Notes under the pieces: model-generated
Databases searched by the model: none
Seen by the model: only the letters and a program-made list of their open reading frames with translations
Told to the model about the DNA's origin: nothing
Part shown: positions 1 to 9,664 of the stretch, piece after piece
Layout: each line of letters begins with the position of its first letter
Position numbering within the stretch: position 1 is the first letter of the stretch
Made by a program: the position numbers and the translations under genes
NCBI GenBank assembly: GCA_040755995.1
Contig: JBFMAF010000032.1
Location: 1-64,000, forward strand
Origin: Acidobacteriota bacterium
GTDB lineage: Bacteria; Acidobacteriota; CAIWXX01
DNA: 64,000 bases
Direction: 5' to 3'

Positions 1-19
1 CAATACGGAGGAGTATGAA

Positions 20-1042
20 ATGAGAAGCGAGGAAAGACAGGGCGAATCCAGGGAGACGTTCGAAGTCGGCCACTTTCGACCGGAGGATGCGGCCGGTATC
101 GTGCGGCTGTTTCGGGAGGTCTACGGCGATGACTATCCGATAAAGATCTTTTACGACGATCAGGAGCTCACTGAGGCCAACGCAGAGGGTCGCTACCATT
201 CGATTGTGGCCCGGAATCCGGAAGGGGAGGTGATCGGAGTCCAGCATCTGTACCAATCTGCGCCCTACGATCGGTTGTACGAGGTGGGCGCCGGTGTCGT
301 GCTCAGAGAGTTCCGCAACCTCGGCATCGGCAAGCGCAGCCTGGAGTACCTGTACGAAGAATGGATTCCGCGGCGGGATGACATTGACGAGTGCTTCGGC
401 GAAGCCGTGTGCAATCACCCGTACATGCAGCGAATCAGCGCAGTCGCCCGGTTCATCGACATGGCGATCGAGATCGCCCTCATGCCTGCTCAGGCATACG
501 TGAAAGAGGCGAGCGCAAGCGGGCGCGTTGCGGCGGTGCTCTGCTTCCGCTGCTACAGGAGGAGGCCTCAGGCGGTCTACGTGCCCTCGGTCTATGAAGA
601 CGAGCTCCGATATCTGTACGCGCGGTTGGACGACAAGCGTGAGCTGAAGACAGCGCGGGCGGGGGCTTTCGATGAGTGCGAGTCCGAGGTCGAGACGGCG
701 GTTTTCGACTTTGCGCAGGTAGCCCGCATCGCAGTGCGCCGGGCCGGGCGGGACTTCGCATCGCGCATCGAGGCGGTCGAATCCGAAGCACGCAGCCAGA
801 ATGCGATCGTCATACAGGTCTGGCTGCCGGCAAACTCCACTGCAATCGACCCGGCGGTGGATGCGCTCAGAGAGAGAGGCTACTTCTTCGGTGGGCCTTT
901 GCCACGCTGGTTCGACCACGACGGACTGCTAATGCAGAAACTCCACTGCCCACCCGACTTCGACGCCATCCAGCTCCACTCGGACGACGCGAAACGGCTG
1001 CTGGAATGGATCGAGCGGGACTACCGGTGGACGCGGTACTAG
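20..1042 (+). CDS. GNAT-like N-acetyltransferase domain protein
   Basis: 340-aa ORF with GGAGGAG RBS; acetyl-CoA-binding-like motif VLREFRNLGIGK. Confidence 0.6.
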   Translation: MRSEERQGESRETFEVGHFRPEDAAGIVRLFREVYGDDYPIKIFYDDQELTEANAEGRYHSIVARNPEGEVIGVQHLYQSAPYDRLYEVGAGVVLREFRNLGIGKRSLEYLYEEWIPRRDDIDECFGEAVCNHPYMQRISAVARFIDMAIEIALMPAQAYVKEASASGRVAAVLCFRCYRRRPQAVYVPSVYEDELRYLYARLDDKRELKTARAGAFDECESEVETAVFDFAQVARIAVRRAGRDFASRIEAVESEARSQNAIVIQVWLPANSTAIDPAVDALRERGYFFGGPLPRWFDHDGLLMQKLHCPPDFDAIQLHSDDAKRLLEWIERDYRWTRY

Positions 1043-1049
1043 GGAGCCC

Positions 1050-1217
1050 ATGGAGTTCCTCAACTTCGTTCTGATACTAGTCGCGGGATACCTGGTGGTG
1101 AAGAAGCCCCACAGGGAGAAGACGGCCTTCACGTTGTTGGTCGTCATCTTCCTGCTACTGATCGCACTCTTCTTCGTCGGATCACGCAGTTCGATACTGC
1201 CGCCCGTGAACTACTGA
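1050..1217 (+). CDS. dba: Small two-TM DsbI accessory protein (Dba-like), 55 aa
   Basis: Below the ORF-track cutoff; my translation MEFLNFVLILVAGYLVVKKPHREKTAFTLLVVIFLLLIALFFVGSRSSILPPVNY. GGGAG RBS; size, KKP..EK.AF pattern and position before dsbI match Campylobacter Dba. Confidence 0.8.
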   Translation: MEFLNFVLILVAGYLVVKKPHREKTAFTLLVVIFLLLIALFFVGSRSSILPPVNY

Positions 1218-1237
1218 TCCGGAGGGCTGGTCAGGCG

Positions 1238-2707
1238 ATGAAGGACACGTTCTACACGTTGCTGTCCGTGGCCATCCTGGTTCTGCTCGTCCCAGTAGGC
1301 ACCTCTGTGTTCGTGCTCGGGTTCGTCCTCGGCGACTCCCCGTGCGTGCTCTGTTGGGCGCAGCGCACGGGCATGGTGCTCATCGCGCTGATAGGGCTGT
1401 TCATTCTCCGGTATGGCCCGAGACCTCGCTATCTCGGGCTCGTGGTGCTCGTCGGCGCCTACGGCATCTACATGAGCATCCGGCATTCGGCGCTGCATCT
1501 CGCCCGGGACATCGGGCAGGGGTTCAGCGTCGAGATGCTCGGAGCGCACACGTACAGCTGGTCAACCTTCATCTACTGGGCATGCGTGGTCGCAGCCGGC
1601 CTGGCGTTGCTGCTGTCCAGGGAGTGGGAATCGCTCGCCGGGGGCCGTCGACTCGGGCTCTTGGGGAAGATCGCAGCGGCGGTATTCTTCGTCGTCGTGG
1701 CGGGGAACATCGCCCAGGCGATAACCAGCACCGGACCGCCTCCGTTCATGGGGCAGAGCGACCCGGTCCGATACTCCTTCAATCCGAGGCGGTGGGTGTG
1801 GTCGCTGGAGGAGTGGCGGCACGTGCCAATCTCGTTCCGCGGAAGATGGAGCATCGACCGTCCGAGCCTCGATGGCCTGGACACCGACTCGCGAAGAGGA
1901 CCGCTCGCGACCGTCGGAGAGCTGCAAGTGAAGAGGCAGGAAACAATCTCTCCCAGCCTGAACGGTGAAGTGACCGACCTCGCGTACGACGAGGCGTCCG
2001 GCAGGTTCCTGCTGACAACGCAGAAGTTCGGCATCTACCTGGTGGATGCGGCGTTCAAGAACGTCATCCGCTACACCGTCATCGACCCGGGCTTCTCGGT
2101 AGACATGAGCGAATTGAACGGCGCCGCATTCGTCGACAGCCGTACCATCGCGGCGCTTTCGCACAACAAGAGCTACGTCATTCTCAAGGAGAACGATGCT
2201 GCGGACGCGGACAAGAACTACCGCTACTTCGCCGAGTCGTTCGACCAGTTCGACGAGCTGGACAGGTCGCGTTTCTCGACGGTGAGAGCCAGGATGATGT
2301 ACGTCATGTCCCTGGCTTACGACCCTGCAAGCGACTGCCTCTACACGGTCACCGTCCCGAACCGTAGAAACAAGAAGCTCGTGGTCTCACGATTCGCACG
2401 CACGGACATGACACTGTCGGAGGAGTATTCGCCGAAGCTCAGCGCCGGTTCCGGGCCTGTTCTCCGAGACGACACGCGCAGTCTGGGCGAATACTACGTC
2501 ACCGGCATCGCGATCCGGGACGGCCGGATGTACGCGATCAGCGCGGCCTACAGCACGCTCCTCCTGATCGATCTCGCGAAGCGGGAGGTGAGCGCAGCGT
2601 ACGCCGTCAGAGGCCTGTCGAAGCCGAACGGCCTGGCGGTAAGGGGCACGGAACTCTACGTTGCCTGTGAGAACAAGACGGTCCACGTGGTAGATGGGCC
2701 CGCATGA
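1238..2707 (+). CDS. dsbI: DsbI-type disulfide bond formation protein (DsbB family plus C-terminal beta-propeller)
   Basis: N-terminal TM helices with DSPCVLCWAQR, GAHTYSW and TGPPPFMGQSDPVR; soluble beta-rich C-terminal domain. Confidence 0.85.
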   Translation: MKDTFYTLLSVAILVLLVPVGTSVFVLGFVLGDSPCVLCWAQRTGMVLIALIGLFILRYGPRPRYLGLVVLVGAYGIYMSIRHSALHLARDIGQGFSVEMLGAHTYSWSTFIYWACVVAAGLALLLSREWESLAGGRRLGLLGKIAAAVFFVVVAGNIAQAITSTGPPPFMGQSDPVRYSFNPRRWVWSLEEWRHVPISFRGRWSIDRPSLDGLDTDSRRGPLATVGELQVKRQETISPSLNGEVTDLAYDEASGRFLLTTQKFGIYLVDAAFKNVIRYTVIDPGFSVDMSELNGAAFVDSRTIAALSHNKSYVILKENDAADADKNYRYFAESFDQFDELDRSRFSTVRARMMYVMSLAYDPASDCLYTVTVPNRRNKKLVVSRFARTDMTLSEEYSPKLSAGSGPVLRDDTRSLGEYYVTGIAIRDGRMYAISAAYSTLLLIDLAKREVSAAYAVRGLSKPNGLAVRGTELYVACENKTVHVVDGPA

Positions 2708-3552
2708 AGCAGTTCGCGGTGCTCCAGCTATCCGGCTGCGCCGGATGCGAAGTCTCGCTCCTCAATGCCGAGGAATGGATCCAGCGGTACCGACTGGCCT
2801 ACATGCCGCTCGTGGTCACGACGTACGACGTGCCAGAGGTGGACGTGCTGCTGGTGAGCGGGAGTGTTCGCAACGAGGAGGACATCTACAACCTTCGGCG
2901 GGCCGTCGACCGCGCCCGGAAGACGGTCGCCGTAGGCACGTGCGCGATGTCGGGCGGCGTCGCCCACCTTGGCGACCGCGAGGAAATACGAGGGCTCTTC
3001 TTCTCGCACCCCGAGCGGCCGCATGTGCCCGACCTGCTCCCGAGGACGCGGCCGGTCGACGAGGTAGTCTCGGTCGACCTGTATCTCCCCGGATGCCCTC
3101 CAACCCCCGAGCTCTTCATGGCAGCGCTCGATCCTGACCCCGGCTTCAAGCCGGCCGCCAGCGTGTGCGTTGAATGCGGGCGCGAGAAGCTCAGAGACAT
3201 GCGCCCGAAGAAACTCCTCGGGTTCACGCAAGGGGAGGTCCAACCGGGGATCTGCCTCATCAACCAGGGATTTCTCTGCGTCGGCACTTCGACGCGCGGC
3301 GGCTGCCGCGCGCTGTGCACGCGCCCCGGACACCCGTGCGTCGGGTGCCGCGGCCCGTCCAACGCCTTCATCGAGAAGGATTCACGCGTGTGGATGACCA
3401 GCATCGAACGCGTCATCACTTCCATGACAGACATTCCGGTCGCCGTCGTTGAAGCCGAGCTACGTTCACCACAGCTCTCGCTCTTCCTCTTCCAGTTCTC
3501 GGATTACGACGGTCGAAGGCGGGCACCGCGACCGAGGGAGAAGCTGCTGTAG
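2704..3552 (+). CDS. [NiFe]-hydrogenase small subunit, group 3-like (MvhG/HoxY type)
   Basis: SGCAGC, GTCA..GG, PGCPP, CVEC, CLINQGFLCVG, CRALC, PCVGCRGP; no Tat signal; ATGA overlap with dsbI. Confidence 0.85.
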   Translation: MKQFAVLQLSGCAGCEVSLLNAEEWIQRYRLAYMPLVVTTYDVPEVDVLLVSGSVRNEEDIYNLRRAVDRARKTVAVGTCAMSGGVAHLGDREEIRGLFFSHPERPHVPDLLPRTRPVDEVVSVDLYLPGCPPTPELFMAALDPDPGFKPAASVCVECGREKLRDMRPKKLLGFTQGEVQPGICLINQGFLCVGTSTRGGCRALCTRPGHPCVGCRGPSNAFIEKDSRVWMTSIERVITSMTDIPVAVVEAELRSPQLSLFLFQFSDYDGRRRAPRPREKLL

Positions 3553-4869
3553 ATGGCTGTCATCACGTTTCCGTTGAGCCGCATCGAGGGGCATGCCAGG
3601 GTCGTGATCGACCTGCATGACGGAAGGGTCGTCTCGGCTCACTTCCAGGCCACCGAGATGCGCGGCTTCCAGCACCTGCTTCGCGGCGTGCCGGCCGAAC
3701 AGATGCCGGTGATCGCGCCCCGGATCTGCGGCGTGTGCTCGACGGCGCACCACGTGGCGGCGGTGAAGGCGCTCGAGGACGCCTACGGAGTGACACCGCC
3801 GCCGCTGGCGCTTCGGATCCGCGAGCTGCTCATGCTCGGCCAGCTCATCCAGAACCAGGCCACGTCGCTGTTCTTCTTCACGATGCCTGACCGTCTGGGA
3901 AGCCCCGGTCTCCTCCAATGCGCCGCTGAAGATCTTGGATCATCGGAGGAGCGACAGGCCATCGCCCTGCGGGCGCTCCAGGTGCGTAAAGCCGGAACGG
4001 ACCTTATCACCGCTGCGGGCGGCCAGTTCATCCATCCGGTGAAGGCGGTGGTGGGCGGAGTGAGCAGCGGAGTCGAGGTGGGCGCGGCCGCCCCCGTGCG
4101 CGAGCAGCTCGCCGCGGCGCTGCCGCTGGCGTGCGAGCTGTTCGACGAATATTGGCGGCTGACCGAGCGGCTCCGCGACCGCACGGGCACCTGGGGCGAC
4201 GACACGCCAACGAGGTACATTGCCGCCGTCGGCGAGCGGCGTCCCAACTTCTGCGGTGACGTGCTGAGGGTGACAGGGACGGACGGTGCCGTCTGCGCGA
4301 CGTTCCCGGCGCGCGAGCTGCGCGAGCACCTCGCGTACGAGGACACCGATTACAGCTACGCGGGGCGGACGAGCTACCTCGGCGACATCGTGCGGGCTAA
4401 CAGCCTGGCTCGGATCAACATGGCGCGCGAGATGTGCACGGAGCGGGCCGACCGGTATCTCGATCGATTCCGCCATGCGTTCGGAGGCCCTGCGCATGCG
4501 ATTCTGCTCTTCGATCTCGCGCGCGGGATCGAGCTCGTGTACGGCATCGAGCGGGCGCTGGAGCTTCTGTCGATGCCGCTCCTCGGTGAGGACACGGCGG
4601 TGGCTCACACGCCGAAGGACGGCGAGGGGTTCGGCCTTGTCGAAGCGCCGCGCGGTCCGCTGGTACATCGGTATCGCATCGAAGGCGGCCGCATCGCGGA
4701 CGTGGAGCTGATCATCCCCACGGTGCACAACGTGGGGGCGATCGAGCGTGCTTTGCGCGTGGCCGCCGAGCGCTACATCACGGCCGATGCGGTGAACCTG
4801 GAGCTCGAGCGGGCCGTAGGCCGAGTAGTCCGCGCCTTCGACCCCTGCATCGCCTGCGCGACGCATTGA
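3553..4869 (+). CDS. [NiFe]-hydrogenase large subunit, group 3-like
   Basis: SRIEGHA, L1 RICGVCSTAH, EAPRG, L2 DPCIACATH followed directly by stop. Confidence 0.9.
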   Translation: MAVITFPLSRIEGHARVVIDLHDGRVVSAHFQATEMRGFQHLLRGVPAEQMPVIAPRICGVCSTAHHVAAVKALEDAYGVTPPPLALRIRELLMLGQLIQNQATSLFFFTMPDRLGSPGLLQCAAEDLGSSEERQAIALRALQVRKAGTDLITAAGGQFIHPVKAVVGGVSSGVEVGAAAPVREQLAAALPLACELFDEYWRLTERLRDRTGTWGDDTPTRYIAAVGERRPNFCGDVLRVTGTDGAVCATFPARELREHLAYEDTDYSYAGRTSYLGDIVRANSLARINMAREMCTERADRYLDRFRHAFGGPAHAILLFDLARGIELVYGIERALELLSMPLLGEDTAVAHTPKDGEGFGLVEAPRGPLVHRYRIEGGRIADVELIIPTVHNVGAIERALRVAAERYITADAVNLELERAVGRVVRAFDPCIACATH

Positions 4870-4916
4870 GAAGTCGACTGACGGCCGTCCACAGACCGAA
4901 CTGAGCGAGAGATAGA

Positions 4917-5462
4917 ATGGAAGTACTGAACATTCATGAGCGTCAATTGGATGTTGACCCGAGGCAGGTCGGTGCACTCATCGACTCACTTGGGTCCCGA
5001 GAGGACGGGCTGTGGCCAGGCCACGTATGGCCGCGCATGGACTTTGCAGGCCCGCTCGGTGTCGGCGTGAAGGGCGGGCACGGGCCGATAAGGTACTTCG
5101 TCGAGGAGTACACGGTGGGCAAGTCGATCAAGTTTCGTTTCACCGGCCCGAAGGGCTTCGATGGGTTTCATCGCTACGAAGTAGAGACCTGGGCCGGAGG
5201 GGCGGTGCTGAGGCATACATTGAAGATGAGGGCTCACGGTCTCGCGATGCTGTCGTGGTCTCTTGTCTATCGGCCTATGCACGACGCGTTGCTGGAGGAC
5301 TCCCTTGCTACAGCGCAGGTGTCGCTCGGGCTGACTCCCACGGTCCAGGTGTGGACGCTGTGGGTGAAGATCCTCCGCTGGGTTCTCTCGCGCGGCAAGG
5401 CGCGCTCCCAGGTGGCACTCGCAAGGTCGCTCGACGCCGCCACCCGTGGCGAGCCACGCTGA
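4917..5462 (+). CDS. SRPBCC-like hypothetical protein
   Basis: LNIHERQL, LWP...WPRM, GGHGPIRY, HDALLED pattern. Confidence 0.6.
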   Translation: MEVLNIHERQLDVDPRQVGALIDSLGSREDGLWPGHVWPRMDFAGPLGVGVKGGHGPIRYFVEEYTVGKSIKFRFTGPKGFDGFHRYEVETWAGGAVLRHTLKMRAHGLAMLSWSLVYRPMHDALLEDSLATAQVSLGLTPTVQVWTLWVKILRWVLSRGKARSQVALARSLDAATRGEPR

Positions 5463-5476
5463 CGCCGGAGCTCAGC

Positions 5477-6859
5477 TCACACCCCTGATGCCGCGCCTCG
5501 TTCGGCGCCGAGGTGGAGCTCGCGTATTGCCTGCATCGCCGTGCCGAAGAGGTTCATCTGCGTCCCGATCTGCCGCGGGCCGTACTTGAGGAGGGTCCGG
5601 AGGAGGTGGTGGAACGGGACTGCGTTCTCGAACAGCGCCGCAAACTCTGCGTAAAACTCCTCCCGCGGGAGTCTCGTCGGGAGGACGCTGTGGACGAAGT
5701 CGAAGAACTCGGGCTGCTCGGTGGTCAGCTCATGCCGCCGCTGGCGGTAGAGCTCGCTTCCCGGCAGCGGAGTGAGCACACCAAACGACGCGTGCTTGAG
5801 ATCCAGCTGCCTGACGTAGGCGACGAGCGAATGGAAATCGTCTCGAGTGAAGTCCGGGTCGATCATGAATGAGGCATAAAGGAGGATGTCGAGATCGTCG
5901 AGTATCTTCGCGGCGGCGGTCTGCTGCTCGATGGTGATTCCCTTCTTGAGCGCTCTGAGTCGCTGATCACTGGATGTCTCGAGCCCCATATAGACCACCT
6001 CGAGTCCAATCTCCCGCCACTTCCGAAACAGAGCCGGGTGACGGATCACGGTGTCCGCGCGGGCGTACAGCATGTACCTCTTTCTGATGCCGGCGCTTCG
6101 GATCAGGTCCGCCAGCCTGTTCATTCGCGACGCGTCGCACATCGATTCGTCATCGCAGAGGAAGATGCACTCTTCCGCAATTGTAGCCAGCTCGGCCACG
6201 ACCGCCTCGGGCGCGCGCGTGAGATAGCGGCCGCCGGTGATGGCCCACAGCGAGCAAAAGCTGCACCGGGAGAAACAGCCGAGCGAGGTGCGGATCGACG
6301 CGATCGGCCTCATCCACTCCATGAAGTACTGTTGCCGATGCGGCTCTGACAGGCTTCGGTCGGGGACGGGGATCTGGTCGAGATTCGTGTAGGGCCGGAG
6401 CTCGGAGAATATCATGCCGTCAGGGCGCGGGATGCCGAGCCCCCGGATGTCGCCGCGGTCCCCGCCTCGTTCCATCTGCACGACGATCTCCCTAAGCGCC
6501 GCCACCCCCTCGCCGATCACCACCATGTCCACAGCTGCGTCGTTGAAGTCGACAGGCTGCACCGTTGCGTGGTGGCCTCCGACCACCACGGTAATCCGCG
6601 GATCGAGCGCCTTCAGGTGTCGCGCGAGGCTGCGGATACTACCAGCCTGTGACGTGTAGCCCGTGAGTCCAACCATGTGGGGACGGAAGCGGGCGAAAGC
6701 TCCATCGACATCCGGATTGAGCCGGGTGTCCAGGAGCTCCACCTCATGGCCGTCCAGCTTCAGACCGGCCCCAAGGTATTCCAGCGCCAGCGGCTCGTGC
6801 ATGAAGAGCTGGTCGAGGACAGCCAAGCTGGCCCGTGGTTGAATCAGGAGCACCCTCAC
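5477..6859 (-). CDS. Cobalamin-dependent (class B) radical SAM methyltransferase, HpnR-like
   Basis: B12-binding domain (EPLALEYL, VGGHHAT, IGEG) plus CFSRCSFC and TPLPGSELY. Confidence 0.8.
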   Translation of the reverse strand: MRVLLIQPRASLAVLDQLFMHEPLALEYLGAGLKLDGHEVELLDTRLNPDVDGAFARFRPHMVGLTGYTSQAGSIRSLARHLKALDPRITVVVGGHHATVQPVDFNDAAVDMVVIGEGVAALREIVVQMERGGDRGDIRGLGIPRPDGMIFSELRPYTNLDQIPVPDRSLSEPHRQQYFMEWMRPIASIRTSLGCFSRCSFCSLWAITGGRYLTRAPEAVVAELATIAEECIFLCDDESMCDASRMNRLADLIRSAGIRKRYMLYARADTVIRHPALFRKWREIGLEVVYMGLETSSDQRLRALKKGITIEQQTAAAKILDDLDILLYASFMIDPDFTRDDFHSLVAYVRQLDLKHASFGVLTPLPGSELYRQRRHELTTEQPEFFDFVHSVLPTRLPREEFYAEFAALFENAVPFHHLLRTLLKYGPRQIGTQMNLFGTAMQAIRELHLGAERGAASGV

Positions 6860-7128
6860 GTCTGTCTGCCCTTTCGACTCAATATACCCGATCCATACAC
6901 CGCGACATAGGTCGCACTCTATATTCTCGAAATTGAGAATCTGAAAGGTTCCGGGCTCCGGCCAGGACGCGAAAAGAGCCGATCAGATACGCCGTCGGTG
7001 CGGGGACGGGGCGCCGGTCAGACGCAGAGCGCGGGCGACAGTCTTTCTCAACGTGTCCCCGCGACGCCGCCCCGGCCCCGACTGCGTCGCACCCACGGAT
7101 CAACCGGCGCAGCCCGAATGAAGCGCCC

Positions 7129-9396
7129 TCACCGTCGAAAGATGTACGCCAGTTTCACGAAGAAGCCGTCGCTCGTGCGCCCCAGGCCAGCGTACGACGC
7201 CGCATCCTCCAGTGTCGTGCCGTAGCCGAAGAAGACCGAGGTGCCCGGCGTGGGTTCGTAGGAGAAGAGCCAATCGAGCCGGAGGCTCCTGTCGGACTGG
7301 GCGTCGCTCGGAACGCCGTCCACAATCAGCACATCGCCTGTTCTGGCGTCCCTCAGTCCTGCTTGCCGCTCAGCTCTGAACTCACCGACCATCCTGAGGA
7401 ACAGCGACGGTCGAGGCTGATATTCGATCTTCAGGCGCGGTATGAGCGTGCGGGCAAACTCGCTGTCGTCCCGCCGGCGAGTCAGGTCGGCGAATACCGC
7501 CGTTGCCTCAACCCGGATGGACTCGCTGGGGCGCAGGCCGAGTGTGGCTTCCGCCCGGATCTCCCGCCCCTCCGACGCCTCGGCGAAGATTGGCATCTCC
7601 CTCTCGGTGAGCTCGAACGCGGCGTCGAACATCCGATAGGTAGGTGTCCCGACTTCGAACGAGGCTTCGACCGCTCCGGTCATCTCTTCAGGCGGATCGT
7701 ACGGTTCGATCGCGCCGTCAGGCCTGCGGACCTCGAAGCCGGCGTAGTCGGCTCGGTCGAAGCGGTAGAAGCTGTCGTTGAGCTCGCCGGACGCAGTCCA
7801 GCCGCCGCGGAGCTGGACTGCGACTTCGACAGTCGCTCCACCTTCTTCCGCAGGCTGGTCCCCCAGAAAGCCCGCATACGGCCAGACGCCTCCCGCAGAG
7901 ACGTGGGTATTCACGCATTCAACAAGAGCGCCCTGTCGCCCGTACCAGGAGAACCGGTTGAACGCGTGACCATCAACGATGTTGTTGCGCGGTACGAACC
8001 CCGATCGCGTCTCGAACGACTCGCCGATTCCTGCGAGCCTGTAGTTGAATCCCCACGCCCGCCCCGTGCGATCGAACTGGAGCTCCCAGATCGGAGCGCT
8101 TTGGGATGGATGGTCCTCGCGCGTCCAGGAGCCTCCGAGCTGCCCCTGGATGAAATACAACTTGGCGAAGACCAATCGCACGTCGGCCGCCAGAACGCGG
8201 TTGTAGTCGTCGCCGCCGGTGCGATCGGTGTAGGTCAAGCCCATGAGTGAGTCCGTACCCAGATCCCGCCGGAGCCGCAGGATGTTGAAGACGGCGTTGC
8301 CCCCCTCGGCGTCGTCTACCGCGCTGAGATAGGCGATTCCGTAGCGGCCGATCTTCCCGGTGAATTTCGCCCCGACGATCGGCTTGGCGATCTGGCGCGT
8401 ATAGACCAGCTGGTTCGGCGTCGAAAAGAGCTCGATCCCTTCGAGGAAGAACGGCCTCTTTTCGGGATAGAACAGTGCAAAACGCTCGTTCGCGGTAACC
8501 TGGCCAACGTCGGACTCGACCTGGCTGAAATCGGGGTTGACCGTGGCGTCGAACGAGACATTGGTCAGTCCCAAGCGCAGGTTCACGCCGGGATTCACAT
8601 CGGTCGACTGGCGGGTGAAGTCGCCAGTGTCCGAATCGCGCGAACCGTTCGCCACCAGAGTTGCGAACGGCTGCGTTTCGATGACCAGCCCGCGCTTCAA
8701 GTCATGAATACCTTCGATGTAGCCCGATTGAGCGAGGAAGCTCGCACTCGCACGCCGTACGTCGGTCCAGGTGTCTATGTATCCCGTTCTCTGAACCGTT
8801 CGCTTGACGTTGATCCCCCAGCGCTGCGGGCCCTTTCCGGGGTAGCGAAGGCTCTTGAACGGGATGCGCACCTCTACGCAATACCCCTCCGGCGTGACCC
8901 GGCCCTTCGAATCGAAGGCGTAATCGGGGTTCTTGTCGGTCGATCCGCCGAACAGCTCGCCCGCCGTCCACTGTCCTTCGCTGAATACCCCATCCTGTTG
9001 CACCCCAAGAGGGTTGACCTCGAAGAAGAAGGCTCTCCTGCGATCGTTGAATGTGTCGAGATAGATCGTGACTGTGTCATCGCGCTCCAGCTTGTCGCGC
9101 TCCGCCACGGTGGCGCGGATGGAGCCGGGATAGCGGTCTCGTGCGAGGATGCCGAAGTGCAGGGCCTCGGGTGAGTACCAGACCAGCACTTCGGTGTCCT
9201 CCTCAGCCGGGCGGCCGTCGACCGGCTGCCACTGCCAGAACCCCGTCAGCTTCACCGCCTGCGCCCAGGGGGCTTCGTCGAGCACGCCGTCGATCACCAC
9301 GACGCTCTCGATTCGCGGCACGCCGACGGCCGGCGCGCCCTGTCCAGGCACGACGGTCTGTGCCGGGAGGAGAAGCGGCAGAAGCAGCTCAATCAT
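7129..9396 (-). CDS. CBM9-like + DUF5916 outer-membrane protein
   Basis: IDGVLDE..W, YLDTFNDRR, NPDFSQVESD, LFYPEKRPFFLEG; terminal FFVKLAYIFRR. Confidence 0.8.
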   Translation of the reverse strand: MIELLLPLLLPAQTVVPGQGAPAVGVPRIESVVVIDGVLDEAPWAQAVKLTGFWQWQPVDGRPAEEDTEVLVWYSPEALHFGILARDRYPGSIRATVAERDKLERDDTVTIYLDTFNDRRRAFFFEVNPLGVQQDGVFSEGQWTAGELFGGSTDKNPDYAFDSKGRVTPEGYCVEVRIPFKSLRYPGKGPQRWGINVKRTVQRTGYIDTWTDVRRASASFLAQSGYIEGIHDLKRGLVIETQPFATLVANGSRDSDTGDFTRQSTDVNPGVNLRLGLTNVSFDATVNPDFSQVESDVGQVTANERFALFYPEKRPFFLEGIELFSTPNQLVYTRQIAKPIVGAKFTGKIGRYGIAYLSAVDDAEGGNAVFNILRLRRDLGTDSLMGLTYTDRTGGDDYNRVLAADVRLVFAKLYFIQGQLGGSWTREDHPSQSAPIWELQFDRTGRAWGFNYRLAGIGESFETRSGFVPRNNIVDGHAFNRFSWYGRQGALVECVNTHVSAGGVWPYAGFLGDQPAEEGGATVEVAVQLRGGWTASGELNDSFYRFDRADYAGFEVRRPDGAIEPYDPPEEMTGAVEASFEVGTPTYRMFDAAFELTEREMPIFAEASEGREIRAEATLGLRPSESIRVEATAVFADLTRRRDDSEFARTLIPRLKIEYQPRPSLFLRMVGEFRAERQAGLRDARTGDVLIVDGVPSDAQSDRSLRLDWLFSYEPTPGTSVFFGYGTTLEDAASYAGLGRTSDGFFVKLAYIFRR

Positions 9397-9541
9397 GCGA
9401 GCCTGCCGGCCCCGATCCCCTGGGGGCTCTCAGGGGCAGAGTGAGCGGCCACTGTGCTATGTGGTCGCGGCTTCGGCGACGGCAGTCAGCTCCTCCGTTG
9501 GCCGGCGGATGAAGCCGATGCCTCCTGTGGCGGAGGCGGGT

Positions 9542-9616
9542 ACGCGGTGAGGTGGAGAAGCCAGCCATGGCACTGCATCTCCTCACCGCGTCTCCGTGTC
9601 TCCGCGTCACCGCGTC
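9542..9616. repeat. Intergenic hairpin plus four 8-bp tandem repeats (WCCGYGTC)
   Basis: ACGCGGTGAGG 9542-9552 pairs with CCTCACCGCGT 9581-9591; accgcgtc-tccgtgtc-tccgcgtc-accgcgtc at 9585-9616. Confidence 0.6.
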
Positions 9617-9664
9617 TGATCCCCTGAGCGACGGCGCTCTCCGGTCAGCCCGTCAGGACCCGCC

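Noticed and set aside
3553..4869. Selenocysteine ([NiFeSe]) hydrogenase
   Set aside because: All four metal ligands are Cys codons and the TGA lies after the terminal His
6922..6939. ATTCTC-N6-GAGAAT inverted repeat as a Fur-type box
   Set aside because: Only 6-bp arms and a poor match to a full Fur box; too weak to call
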